DNA of 54,950 bases, the filler included, from Limisphaerales bacterium (GTDB lineage Bacteria > Verrucomicrobiota > Verrucomicrobiia > Limisphaerales > SIBE01): the NCBI GenBank assembly GCA_044225505.1. It is 3 parts of 3 records of this genome, joined end to end, with 100 filler letters (N's around TTAATTAATTAA, not from the genome) between each part and the next. Parts side by side here need not be neighbours in the genome. Positions count along the whole stretch, not along the records: positions 18,351 to 36,596 come from JBGAIN010000161.1; positions 36,697 to 54,950 come from JBGAIN010000162.1; 1 more part is not named here. One strand, written 5' to 3'. The notes under the pieces were generated by a model that worked only from the letters and a program-made list of their open reading frames with translations, ran no database searches and had not been told where the DNA came from. Below are positions 30,761-39,914 of the stretch, one piece after another. How positions within the stretch are numbered: the first letter of the stretch is position 1; each line of letters starts with the position of its first letter. The translations under genes were made by a program, and so were the position numbers.

Positions 30761-31414
30761 CTAAGTGGCGCGGGCGGTAGACGGCTTACTTAGCAACTCC
30801 AGAGCGCGAACAGCCGCAGCATTCCGGTTCTCAAACCCGGCCTTTTCAAAGATTCGGGCAATGTGCACTTTGACTGTATTTTCCGCACACCCGATGATGG
30901 TGCCGATTTCGCCGTTCGATTTGCCTTGGGCAATCCACAGTAGGACTTCGGCTTCGCGCGGTGTTAACCCAAGGCACTCCAAGGGCTTCGGGGATTCGAA
31001 ATTGGGCTTAAGCTCTGCGCGGGCCACCGCCGCCTCTTCCTTTTCCCGATGCCGATCGAGGCGCGCGCTAATCGCGCCAAGGACTTCTTCGGCACTGGCC
31101 GGTTTGGTGAGGTAATCGTCCGCGCCGAGATTCATTCCCAAGCGCAAATCCTTTTTGTCTCCTTTGGCGGTTAGAAAGATGAACGGTATCGAGACGGTGC
31201 GAGGTTCAGTGCGCAGCGCTTCCAGCACCCGATACCCGTCCATCTCGGGCATGGAGACATCGCATAGGATGACATCGGGCAATTCACGTTTCGCCACAGC
31301 CACTCCCACGGGGCCATTATTTGCGGACAGCGGCTGGAATCCCTCCATTTCCAACATTAATACGAGATTCTCCAAAGTATCCGCCTCATCTTCGATCACG
31401 AGTATTTTCTTCAT
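30761..31414 (-). CDS. Response regulator, REC + LuxR-type HTH
   Basis: ILVIEDE, ILCDVSMP, FLTAK, YLTKP; LTPREAEVLLWIAQGKSNGEI...TVKVH. Confidence 0.95.
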   Translation of the reverse strand: MKKILVIEDEADTLENLVLMLEMEGFQPLSANNGPVGVAVAKRELPDVILCDVSMPEMDGYRVLEALRTEPRTVSIPFIFLTAKGDKKDLRLGMNLGADDYLTKPASAEEVLGAISARLDRHREKEEAAVARAELKPNFESPKPLECLGLTPREAEVLLWIAQGKSNGEIGTIIGCAENTVKVHIARIFEKAGFENRNAAAVRALELLSKPSTARAT

Positions 31415-31429
31415 GCAACTCCTCCAAGG

Positions 31430-33523
31430 TCATGGTTGATTTTCTGGGCCGCCAAACAATGGGAGGCGGACCGTGAACGTCGTGCCGCTGCCTTCGCAGC
31501 TTTCGAAAGAAATCTCGCCCCCATGCATCTCGACGCAGCGTCGGACGATCAGCAAGCCCAGGCCGGTGCCCGGTATCTGTCGAACATTGCTGCCGCGGTG
31601 AAACGCTTGGAAAAGCCGTTTTTGATCGGACAGCGGGATGCCGCACCCGCTGTCGATCACCTGACAAATCGCATTACTTCCCTCGCGGCGTACGACAAGT
31701 CGGACCCGTTGCTCTGGCGGCGAGTACTTTACCGCGTTGGATAACAAGTTGGTAAAGATATGCCGGAGCAGACTCTCGTCTCCGATGGCGGGCAACCATG
31801 TCTCCTCGATGGCAATTTCAAGGGGGCAACGATGGCTCGTCGCGGATTGGATTTCGTCGCAGACTCGCTGACAAAACGAACGCAATTCTAGGTCTACAGG
31901 CTGGAAGGTCATCCGGTCGGTCTCCAAACGGCCGAGCACAAGAACTTCCTCGATCATGCCGGACATACGCCGGACCGCTTTGTTCACCGTACGCAGAAGT
32001 TGTTGTCGTTTCTCCAAAGGCAACCGTTCCTGATACCGGTCGAGATTGTCGACAGACGACATGATGACTTCCAAGGGTGTTCGAAACTCGTGCGAAACCA
32101 GCGAGACAAACTCGCTTTTTAAGTCGCTCAGTTCTCGCTCTTGAGCCAGCAATCGCAGCGCTTCTTCACGGGCGCTATCCAAACGTCGGTTGGCTTCTTC
32201 CAACTCGGCGGTGCGCGCAATAACGCGCTGTTCCAAGTCCTGGTTCAGCATGCGCAACTCCCCATTACGCGAAGCGACAGTCGCTGCCATTTCGTTGAAC
32301 GCCAAGGCCAAGGTTCCCAGCTCGTCGCGTTTTTCAACCAAGGCTCGCGCCGAGGTGTCGCCGCCGCTCATTTGTTTAGTGGCGCGCGTCAGCTCCTTCA
32401 GCGGCTCAGCGATTTCACGCTGCAGCGTCGTCGCCAGAAAACCGAGGAGCAGCGCCAGGGAAAGCAAGCCTGACCACAAGACCCATTGCGCAGACTGAAA
32501 CGCTTGACGCCGCAAGTGTTCACGGGGGACGGTGGTGAGGAAGAACCAATCCGGCCCGCTCAAACGCGCGAAGCTATAGTACGCTTGGCTACCCGCATCG
32601 TATCCAGAAAACTGGCGTTCGCCTCTCGCGCTTACCGCCCGATAGAGGCTAACCAACGTTGGTTCCTGGCTGTCCTGCATCCGGAGTTGACCTTTGCTCT
32701 GGAGTATTTCCCGAGCCTTGGTGGGATGCGCCACCAGACGACCGTCCTTGCGGAAAATGACATGCATCGCGCCGAGCAATCCACTGCGCGTGCCTTCCTC
32801 CATGAGGTGTTTAACGGAGAGATCATGACCAATGGATCCGAGAAAGCGGCCGTTCTGCAAGATGGGCAGATAGACTGAAACGACAGGCATATGGGTCGTC
32901 GGTTCCTCAATGACACCCGTCCAGCACGAACCTTCAGCGGGGACTTCCGTGGGCATGGCCAGCTGAAACCACTCGAGCTGGCTGGTGTCGTAATCGGCGG
33001 GAGTATCCCAAACCCACGAGGGAATGCGTGGATCAAACCCGATGTTGACCCAGCCTGGCAGAACGAAGTAGACGCTGGGAAACGAATCTACCCAGCCAGG
33101 CAACAACTCATTACAGATGTCTTGGGCACGGAGGACCTGCACCTGGAGCTCCGGTGTCCAAGTCACATTCTTATGCGCCCAAAGCGTTGAGTATTTCCGA
33201 CCATCCGCGAATTCCTCTCGGCTCCGCCAAGCACCGTCGTCAAACAGGCGGAAGCGTTCGTTCCACTTTTCACGATAGTTCCCCGGGATCGGCGCCTCCA
33301 TGCGCTTGAGAAACTGTCCACGCACCAAGGTGAGGTTGGCTTGCACCTGTTGAAACCCGATCTCTTCACGGCGGGCTCTCTCCGCAACATACGTGTCGAG
33401 ATGTTTCAAGTCGCGCTGTTTGACCGCGCTATAAACGATGGTGTAGGTCACAGCGGTCGCTACGGCGATGACCAGGCCAGCTCCAGCGGTCACATGCAGT
33501 AGGATGCGCTGCGGGAGGGTCAT
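31430..33523 (-). CDS. Sensor histidine kinase (Cache-like periplasmic domain, HAMP, HisKA, HATPase)
   Basis: Two TMs, DELGTLALAFNEM, SHEFRTPL, NLLSNAVKY, DSGCGIP, GTGLGL. Start at ATG 33523 or GTG 33550. Confidence 0.95.
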   Translation of the reverse strand: MTLPQRILLHVTAGAGLVIAVATAVTYTIVYSAVKQRDLKHLDTYVAERARREEIGFQQVQANLTLVRGQFLKRMEAPIPGNYREKWNERFRLFDDGAWRSREEFADGRKYSTLWAHKNVTWTPELQVQVLRAQDICNELLPGWVDSFPSVYFVLPGWVNIGFDPRIPSWVWDTPADYDTSQLEWFQLAMPTEVPAEGSCWTGVIEEPTTHMPVVSVYLPILQNGRFLGSIGHDLSVKHLMEEGTRSGLLGAMHVIFRKDGRLVAHPTKAREILQSKGQLRMQDSQEPTLVSLYRAVSARGERQFSGYDAGSQAYYSFARLSGPDWFFLTTVPREHLRRQAFQSAQWVLWSGLLSLALLLGFLATTLQREIAEPLKELTRATKQMSGGDTSARALVEKRDELGTLALAFNEMAATVASRNGELRMLNQDLEQRVIARTAELEEANRRLDSAREEALRLLAQERELSDLKSEFVSLVSHEFRTPLEVIMSSVDNLDRYQERLPLEKRQQLLRTVNKAVRRMSGMIEEVLVLGRLETDRMTFQPVDLELRSFCQRVCDEIQSATSHRCPLEIAIEETWLPAIGDESLLRHIFTNLLSNAVKYSPPEQRVRLVVRREGSNAICQVIDSGCGIPLSDQKRLFQAFHRGSNVRQIPGTGLGLLIVRRCVEMHGGEISFESCEGSGTTFTVRLPLFGGPENQP

Positions 33524-33703
33524 TCGATCAGAGCGCTTGGCCCTCGCCACTTCCTTGCGTTGCCATCCAGTGCATCTGACGGAAAAGCAGACTGAAGCAA
33601 TCGACGCCACGCGTTTCTGCCGCCATGAACTGCCGTTTCGGGAACCGGCCCATGAGCGCAGCATAACAGCGGATGGACCTACGAAAAGCGGATTCCTGTG
33701 ATG

Positions 33704-33720
33704 TAATACCGAAGCACTAT
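33704..33720 (+). promoter_or_regulatory. Conserved 17-bp dyad, copy 3
   Basis: TAATACCGAAGCACTAT in the divergent region between the histidine kinase and the small Cys-rich ORF. Confidence 0.7.
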
Positions 33721-33796
33721 GGCCGCCGTGCCGAGGCAATGTTAGCTAAAGATCGGTAATGCATCGGCATTGGCCCAATGCAAGCCACTGTTGTCC

Positions 33797-34033
33797 ATGA
33801 GCCAAAGATCTGAACGAGATGAATCCAATGCGGCGGCCCTCCCCGCCTGGGATGACTGTGATTTCTTTTGCATCCACCATTATGCGGGCGGTAGCGCCTC
33901 CCCTTGCGGGTGGCGCGGACGTCGCCACCAGATCTCACTCGATTCGGAGGGGCGCCCGTTACTCTGCCCGCGCTGTGGCCGGGCCACGCTCTTTCGGATT
34001 CCACTCGATGCGCCTAACGAAGATGCGATGTAG
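33797..34033 (+). CDS. Small hypothetical zinc-ribbon-like protein
   Basis: FFCIHH...PCGWRG...LLCPRCGRATL; fills the gap between the kinase and the oxidoreductase. Start at ATG 33797 (or TTG 33770). Confidence 0.6.
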   Translation: MSQRSERDESNAAALPAWDDCDFFCIHHYAGGSASPCGWRGRRHQISLDSEGRPLLCPRCGRATLFRIPLDAPNEDAM

Positions 34034-34120
34034 CCGGCCCTTGTTTAAGGTCGCACCGCACGTCAACACGCCGCGTCGAGCCCACCCATCCTTGACCCGA
34101 TCGAACCCGAAGCCCGTATG

Positions 34121-36142
34121 CTAAACCCGAGCCACTTGCACCCGTGCGTCGTTGTAGCACGCACCGCCCGCCACCACATTGACGTGCGGAGGGCAAAGCG
34201 CCGTCGACGTTTGGCCATTCCGCGACGACTTACGCCATGCCCCCTTGGGAAGCCCGCACACGCCTTCCCGAAAGCGGTCATTCAACCGTGCGCGGCAACG
34301 CACCTCCCCCAGGGCATTAAAGATCCGCACCTCATCTCCTTCAGCAATGCCCCGAGCCGCTGCATCGAGCGGATGGATCGTTAACTGGAGCTCCGGATAA
34401 TTGAACTCTCCCAGCGTGCTCGAGATCATCTGATTATTCGAGGCACTGACTAAAGCCAGTGGAAACTCCGCGGTTGGCATCGCCTGATACTGGAACGGCG
34501 CCGCCCCCAAGACGCTCGGACTCAGATCCACCCGCCCTTCGGGAGTGGCGGGGTGCACATCGCGGAATTGCACTGGGCCTCCGCCAGGGAGTGGCAGCGG
34601 TTGAATCCCTCCGTTCAGGATGCGATTGTCCGGACTGGCCGTTCCGCAAAGGGCCAAGGCACCGGCGACCTGGCGCATGCAAGCCGCTGTGTCCCATCCA
34701 AACGGCTCATCGGCAAAACCCATGGCGCGGCCCAGTCGCGCAAAAACCCATTCGTTCGGTTTGGCTTCGCCGCACGGGGTGATTGCGGGTTGCACGCCGC
34801 CCACAATGTAACTGCCGTAAGAACGCTTGATTTCGTGTTGTTCAAGAAACGTTACGGCTGGCAAGAGGATATCTGCAAAGTAGGCCGTATCGGTCATCAC
34901 TTGTTCGTGCACCACCGTAAAAAGATCCTCGCGCGCTAAACCGCGCAAGATCGTGTTCTGGTCGGGCGCGGTCGCCACTGGATTGCAGTCATAAACGAAC
35001 AACGATTTAACAGGCGGCGTGAGGTCGTCCACCAACAACTGCCCAAGTTGGCTCATGTTCAACACCCGCGTGGTCCATCGCGCGGGCGGAGAATCCGCAC
35101 CGAAGACTTTGTCCAAATCCAACTTCACCGCACCGCTATTGGAAAAGGTATAGCCTCCACCGCGAACGCCGAACTTCCCGAGCAACGCCGGCATGGCTAA
35201 CACCGCCGCCAGCGCTTGACCGCCATTCAGATTCCGCTCCATCCCCCACCCGACCCGGATTAAGGCCGGCGTGGATTCCGCAAAGACGGTCGCCAGCCGC
35301 TCGAGATCCTCCACGCGGACGCGGGCTTCGGCGGCGGCGCGCGGCAAGGTCCAGGCGCGGGCGGCCGCGAGCAAGGGTTCTAGACCGACCGCGTGGCGGT
35401 CGAGAAACGCAGTGTCCAACCGACCCTCTTCCTGCCAATGATGAATTAAAGCCAGCGCTACCGGCAGATCAGCACCAGGAAAAACCGGTAGATGCAGATC
35501 CACCTCGCTCGGACCAAAATTGCGGATCGGATCGATCACCGCAATGAATGCGCCGTTCTGCTTGGCTTGCTTCAGGTATGGAACCAAGTGGATATTTGAG
35601 ACTTTAGGATTGGCGCCCCAGACAAGAATGGTCCGCGCGGAGGGATAATCCTGGAACGCCACTCCAGGCATTCGACCATACATGGCGTTAGCGACCGCGG
35701 TTGCCGGCGCCGCGCACAAGGTCCGGGCTAATCGCGACGCCCCGAGCTTGGCAAAGAAATACGCATCCAGGAACTCGTGGCTGAGCAATCCGTTGGAGCC
35801 ATCGTAATGGTAAGGCAGAATCGCTTCCCCTCCCCAGCGCGCGGTAATCTCGCGAAACCGAGCCACGATGGTTGCCAGCGCTTCGTCCCAAGAAATGCGC
35901 TCGAACTTCCCTTCGCCTTTCGCGCCGACCCGCCGCTGCGGATATAGAATTCGCGTGTCGTGGTAAAGCCGACGATCAAACTTGCCGACTTTATTGCAAA
36001 TGAAACCTTGGGTGTTCGGATGCCCATCGGGTTCCTCCGGCGCGGCCCGAATGTGGGTCACTCGATCAGCTGCCACGGTAACTTCCAGGGCGCAGGAGTC
36101 CGGACAATCCATCGTGCAAGTCGTGCGAACGGTTCTGGTCAC
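34121..36142 (-). CDS. Molybdopterin-dependent oxidoreductase (DMSO reductase superfamily, YoaE-like)
   Basis: CTMDCPDSC...GFICNK Fe-S motif, ISWDEAL, TLC, MTDTAYFADILLPA, C-terminal molydop-binding domain. Start at GTG 36142. Confidence 0.92.
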   Translation of the reverse strand: MTRTVRTTCTMDCPDSCALEVTVAADRVTHIRAAPEEPDGHPNTQGFICNKVGKFDRRLYHDTRILYPQRRVGAKGEGKFERISWDEALATIVARFREITARWGGEAILPYHYDGSNGLLSHEFLDAYFFAKLGASRLARTLCAAPATAVANAMYGRMPGVAFQDYPSARTILVWGANPKVSNIHLVPYLKQAKQNGAFIAVIDPIRNFGPSEVDLHLPVFPGADLPVALALIHHWQEEGRLDTAFLDRHAVGLEPLLAAARAWTLPRAAAEARVRVEDLERLATVFAESTPALIRVGWGMERNLNGGQALAAVLAMPALLGKFGVRGGGYTFSNSGAVKLDLDKVFGADSPPARWTTRVLNMSQLGQLLVDDLTPPVKSLFVYDCNPVATAPDQNTILRGLAREDLFTVVHEQVMTDTAYFADILLPAVTFLEQHEIKRSYGSYIVGGVQPAITPCGEAKPNEWVFARLGRAMGFADEPFGWDTAACMRQVAGALALCGTASPDNRILNGGIQPLPLPGGGPVQFRDVHPATPEGRVDLSPSVLGAAPFQYQAMPTAEFPLALVSASNNQMISSTLGEFNYPELQLTIHPLDAAARGIAEGDEVRIFNALGEVRCRARLNDRFREGVCGLPKGAWRKSSRNGQTSTALCPPHVNVVAGGACYNDARVQVARV

Positions 36143-36434
36143 AGCCAGACCATACCAACCACGCTTATCGTCTGCACGAGGAAATGGCGACGGACCATTC
36201 GGCAAGACCAGCCGCGCCTTGACTCCTGGGAGGTGCGCGACGGGTCAAAACACCAGGAGGTTGGAACACTCCAAGAGGCTGGCGCGCAACGACCAAGCTA
36301 TTGCGCCAGGTCCGGCTTCGGCGTGCCGCTGTCCTCGGGGACGTTTCAGCCACAAGGGATGGTTCGTTTTGACTGACCAGAGGAACGGCGAGAAGAGCGG
36401 CAATCAACCGAGCCATTTTGGCCCGTCGCGCCCT

Positions 36435-36528
36435 TGATCCTCCAGTGATCCTCCAGTGATCCTCCAGTGATCCTCCAGTGATAACTGGCGTCATTGAGCA
36501 GGATCCAGGCGAGGGTCCAGGAGGATCT
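36435..36528. repeat. Four exact tandem 11-mers followed by four degenerate inverted 11-mers
   Basis: (TGATCCTCCAG)x4 + TGAT at 36435-36482, then CTGGCGTCATT GAGCAGGATCC AGGCGAGGGTC CAGGAGGATCT, compared with the reverse-complement unit CTGGAGGATCA. Confidence 0.85.
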
Positions 36529-36596
36529 GTCGCTGCAACCCGCGGTCGCTTAAGATTCATTGCCAGGGGTGGCCCAGATCAGACCAGTCGCGTTAA

Positions 36597-36696
36597 NNNN
36601 NNNNNNNNNNNNNNNNNNNNNNNNNNNNNNNNNNNNNNNNTTAATTAATTAANNNNNNNNNNNNNNNNNNNNNNNNNNNNNNNNNNNNNNNNNNNN
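36597..36696. other. Artificial contig linker
   Basis: N44-TTAATTAATTAA-N44. Confidence 0.99.
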
Positions 36697-38310
36697 ATAG
36701 TTTTGGTGCCAGCCCGACCGACCGACTTTGCCGATACTCCAGGTTTTGGTTTTCCAGTGCGCTTTCGCGTGGAGGTCTCGGATGCAAGTGACTTCTCCCG
36801 ACCGAAGCTTCTGCTGGACCGAACGGACGCAGATTTCCCGAATCCCGGCAATACCGCGGTGGTAGTTCAGGCGCACGGTGAAGAAGTGCGTTGGGTGCGT
36901 GTAACGGCGACACGATTGTGGGAGAGGACCAGTGACTATGTTTTTGCCCTGGCGGAACTCCAGGTCCAATCGGCGGGGCAGAATGCTGCTGTTGGGGCTA
37001 GTGTTGAAGCGCTTGATTCAATTGAAGCCGGTCGATGGAGCAAACGTTTCCTGTCTGACGGCTTTGACAGTCGGAAGCGACTAGATTTGTCCCAGGAAGC
37101 GATGGCGACGGCCGCTAAACAGAAGTCGCTCCTGGAGGAAGAACTGCAGCTTCTTTCGACTGAGCGAGCTGCTTTAGTGGTGAAGTTGGTGGATGAGGAG
37201 ACGCGAAAAGAGTTAGCGGCGACTCAAACGGGTCTTGCTCACATCCAAGAACAGATGGCGCGGTTGCCGGCTCCCAGCCAGGTTTTCGCAGTTGGGAACG
37301 ACTTTCCAAGCGCAGGGAACTTCAAGCCGGCGCGAGAGCCTCGGCCTGTGCATGTCCTGAAGCGCGGCGAAGTTAAGCAGCCAACACACTTGGCGGATCC
37401 AGGTTCCCTCTCTTGTTTGCCGGGATTGGAGTCGAGATTCGATCTTGCTGGAGCGACTGGGGAGGGGCCGCGTCGTGCTGCATTGGCTCACTGGATTACG
37501 ACGCCATCCAACATGCTCACGCGGCGGTCCATCGTGAATCGAGTTTGGCATTATCATTTCGGCCGTGGCCTGGTTGAGACGCCGAACGATTTTGGACATA
37601 TGGGGGCGCAACCGAGCCATCCCGAATTGCTGGACTGGTTGGCGTTTTGGTTCTTAGACCATGGCGAATCGCTTAAGAAACTTCATCGGCTCATCTTGAC
37701 CAGTGCGGTCTATCGTCAATCTTCCGCACAGCGCGTTGAGGGCGCCCGCGTGGACTCAGAAAATCGATTCCTTTGGCGCATGAATCGGTCGCGGCTGGAC
37801 GCAGAGTCACTGCGTGACACGATTCTCGAGGTGGCTGGTCGACTGGATCCCACGATGGGGGGGCCATCGGTTCAGCAGTTCATGTTCAAAGATGACCATT
37901 CGCCTGTCTATGATTACTCGCTTTTCGATATCGAAAGTCCTGCTGCCTTTCGGCGCAGCGTGTATCGGTTTATCGTGCGTAGCGTGCCAGACCCTTTCAT
38001 GGAGACGATGGATTGTCCGGATCCCTCTTTGCTGACTCCCAAGCGAAGCACCACGATGACCGCGCTCCAAGCCTTGGCTTTGCTCAACGATCCTTTTGTG
38101 CTGCGCCAAGCGGAGGTATTTGCCGGGCAAGCGGTCAAAGCGGCTCCCGAGGACGTGGAGAAACAAGTGCAGGTAGTGTGGGAGCGAGCGTTGGGACGCC
38201 CGCCTATCGGCTCCGAATTATCCAAGCTTGTGGATTATACTCGACAGTACGGAACAACGAACCTCTGTCGATTGGTCTTTAACACGAGTGAGTTTGTGTT
38301 TGTCGACTAA
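36697..38310 (+). CDS. DUF1553 (PSD1) domain protein with discoidin-like insert, 5' truncated
   Basis: RRAALAHWIT, IVNRVWHYHFGRGLV..PNDFG...PSHPELLDWLA, SLKKLHRLILTSAVYRQSS, RRSVY, TALQALALLND. Confidence 0.92.
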   Translation: MVLVPARPTDFADTPGFGFPVRFRVEVSDASDFSRPKLLLDRTDADFPNPGNTAVVVQAHGEEVRWVRVTATRLWERTSDYVFALAELQVQSAGQNAAVGASVEALDSIEAGRWSKRFLSDGFDSRKRLDLSQEAMATAAKQKSLLEEELQLLSTERAALVVKLVDEETRKELAATQTGLAHIQEQMARLPAPSQVFAVGNDFPSAGNFKPAREPRPVHVLKRGEVKQPTHLADPGSLSCLPGLESRFDLAGATGEGPRRAALAHWITTPSNMLTRRSIVNRVWHYHFGRGLVETPNDFGHMGAQPSHPELLDWLAFWFLDHGESLKKLHRLILTSAVYRQSSAQRVEGARVDSENRFLWRMNRSRLDAESLRDTILEVAGRLDPTMGGPSVQQFMFKDDHSPVYDYSLFDIESPAAFRRSVYRFIVRSVPDPFMETMDCPDPSLLTPKRSTTMTALQALALLNDPFVLRQAEVFAGQAVKAAPEDVEKQVQVVWERALGRPPIGSELSKLVDYTRQYGTTNLCRLVFNTSEFVFVD

Positions 38311-38318
38311 GGCACCGA

Positions 38319-39809
38319 ATGAAGCGGATTTCCACTCATTCCTGCGCATCGGGCGAAAGGCTTCTCCTCAACTTCGACCCGTCGCAGCGTATTGACCGGC
38401 GCGAGTTCCTTTGGCGATTCGGCGGTGGCTTGGGAGCTATTGCGCTGACTCAACTCCTCGGCGCTGAGGGTCTATTGGCGGAAGCGGCGCCCAAACCGGA
38501 ATTTGAAGGAGGACTGCATCATCGAGCCAAAGCAAAACGGGTGGTGCAACTTTTTATGTCCGGGGCGGCCAGCCAATGCGATACGTTCGACTACAAGCCG
38601 GAACTCATCAAACGGCACGGGGAAAAGTTTGATCCCGGGGGAAAGGTGGAACTTTTTCAAAGCGACCCTGGAGCCTGTATGAAAAGCCCATGGGAATGGC
38701 ATCAGTATGGCCAATCTGGAAAATGGCTCAGCGATTTGGTCCCGCATATTGGGAGTTGTGCGGATGACATTGCCTTTGTGCATTCGCTGGTATCCAAGTC
38801 GAATGTGCATGGGCCCGCGACGTTCATGCAGAATACCGGGTTTGTTCTGCCTGGATTTCCGCATATGGGGGCTTGGCTCTCTTACGGGCTGGGGCGTCTG
38901 ACGGAGAATCTTCCAACGTTTGTCGTCTTGCCGGATGCGCGCGGCTTTGCGCCTAATGGACCGGCGAACTGGAGCGCCGGTTTTCTTCCGGCCGCGCACC
39001 AAGGGACCTTGATTCGGCTCGGGCGTCCGAATCCCATTTTCGATCTGTTCCCACCGCCGTCTGCAAGTTACTTGACGCCCGATGCGGAGATGCACAGTGC
39101 CAAGCTCCTCAAAGAGCTCAATCAGGATTACGCAGCAACGCGGACTGGCGATTCGCGACTCGACGCTCGGATTGCTTCCTACGAAATGGCTGCGAAGCTG
39201 CAGACGAGTGCTCCGGAAGTTCTGGACCTTTCAGGTGAGAGTGCAGCGACACGAGATCTTTACGGCCTAAACGAGAAGATTACGGAAGAGTTCGGCCTCC
39301 GATGCTTGATGGCGCGCCGGCTTTTGGAAAGAGGTGTTCGATTCGTCCAGGTCTGGAGCGGAGCGGACAACGGATTTCCGCGTCGCAACTGGGATAGCCA
39401 CGAGGATTTGGCGCGCGATCATTTGGACATGGGAACTAGCATGGACAAACCTGCGGCCGCGCTGATCAAAGATCTCAAAGCGCGCGGTTTGCTGGACGAC
39501 ACGATTGTGCTCTGGACCACGGAATTCGGGCGAATGCCATGCAGTCAGGGGGGCAAAGGCCGGGATCATAATCCGTTCGCATTCACCAATTGGCTCGCTG
39601 GGGGTGGGATCCGAGGCGGCGTGACCCACGGAGAGAGCGACATCTGGTCTTACAAAGTCGCGTCCGATCCGACGTATTGTTATGATATCCACGCGACGGT
39701 CCTTCACCTTTTGGGCATTGATCACACGCGCCTGACATTCCGCAATAACGGCGTTGACCGGCGCCTTACCGATGTCCATGGAACCGTTCTCCAGCCGCTT
39801 CTCGCCTGA
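38319..39809 (+). CDS. DUF1501 domain protein (Tat-like signal)
   Basis: RREFL, LFMSGAASQCDTFDYKP, ARRLLERGVRFVQ, WDSH, EFGRMP, GRDHNP, RLTDVHG. Confidence 0.93.
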   Translation: MKRISTHSCASGERLLLNFDPSQRIDRREFLWRFGGGLGAIALTQLLGAEGLLAEAAPKPEFEGGLHHRAKAKRVVQLFMSGAASQCDTFDYKPELIKRHGEKFDPGGKVELFQSDPGACMKSPWEWHQYGQSGKWLSDLVPHIGSCADDIAFVHSLVSKSNVHGPATFMQNTGFVLPGFPHMGAWLSYGLGRLTENLPTFVVLPDARGFAPNGPANWSAGFLPAAHQGTLIRLGRPNPIFDLFPPPSASYLTPDAEMHSAKLLKELNQDYAATRTGDSRLDARIASYEMAAKLQTSAPEVLDLSGESAATRDLYGLNEKITEEFGLRCLMARRLLERGVRFVQVWSGADNGFPRRNWDSHEDLARDHLDMGTSMDKPAAALIKDLKARGLLDDTIVLWTTEFGRMPCSQGGKGRDHNPFAFTNWLAGGGIRGGVTHGESDIWSYKVASDPTYCYDIHATVLHLLGIDHTRLTFRNNGVDRRLTDVHGTVLQPLLA

Positions 39810-39914
39810 AAGTTCACACCGCTCGAGCATCCTCCCACCATGAAAACATATCCAAGCCGGGTTTATGTTCCGAGTCCTGGCACCGGGAGAGCGTCTCTTT
39901 CTGATCGTGTTCCC

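Noticed and set aside
36435..36482. Possible CRISPR array (also the arrays at 3632 and 54196)
   Set aside because: Units are 11 bp with no unique spacers, and no cas genes are present.
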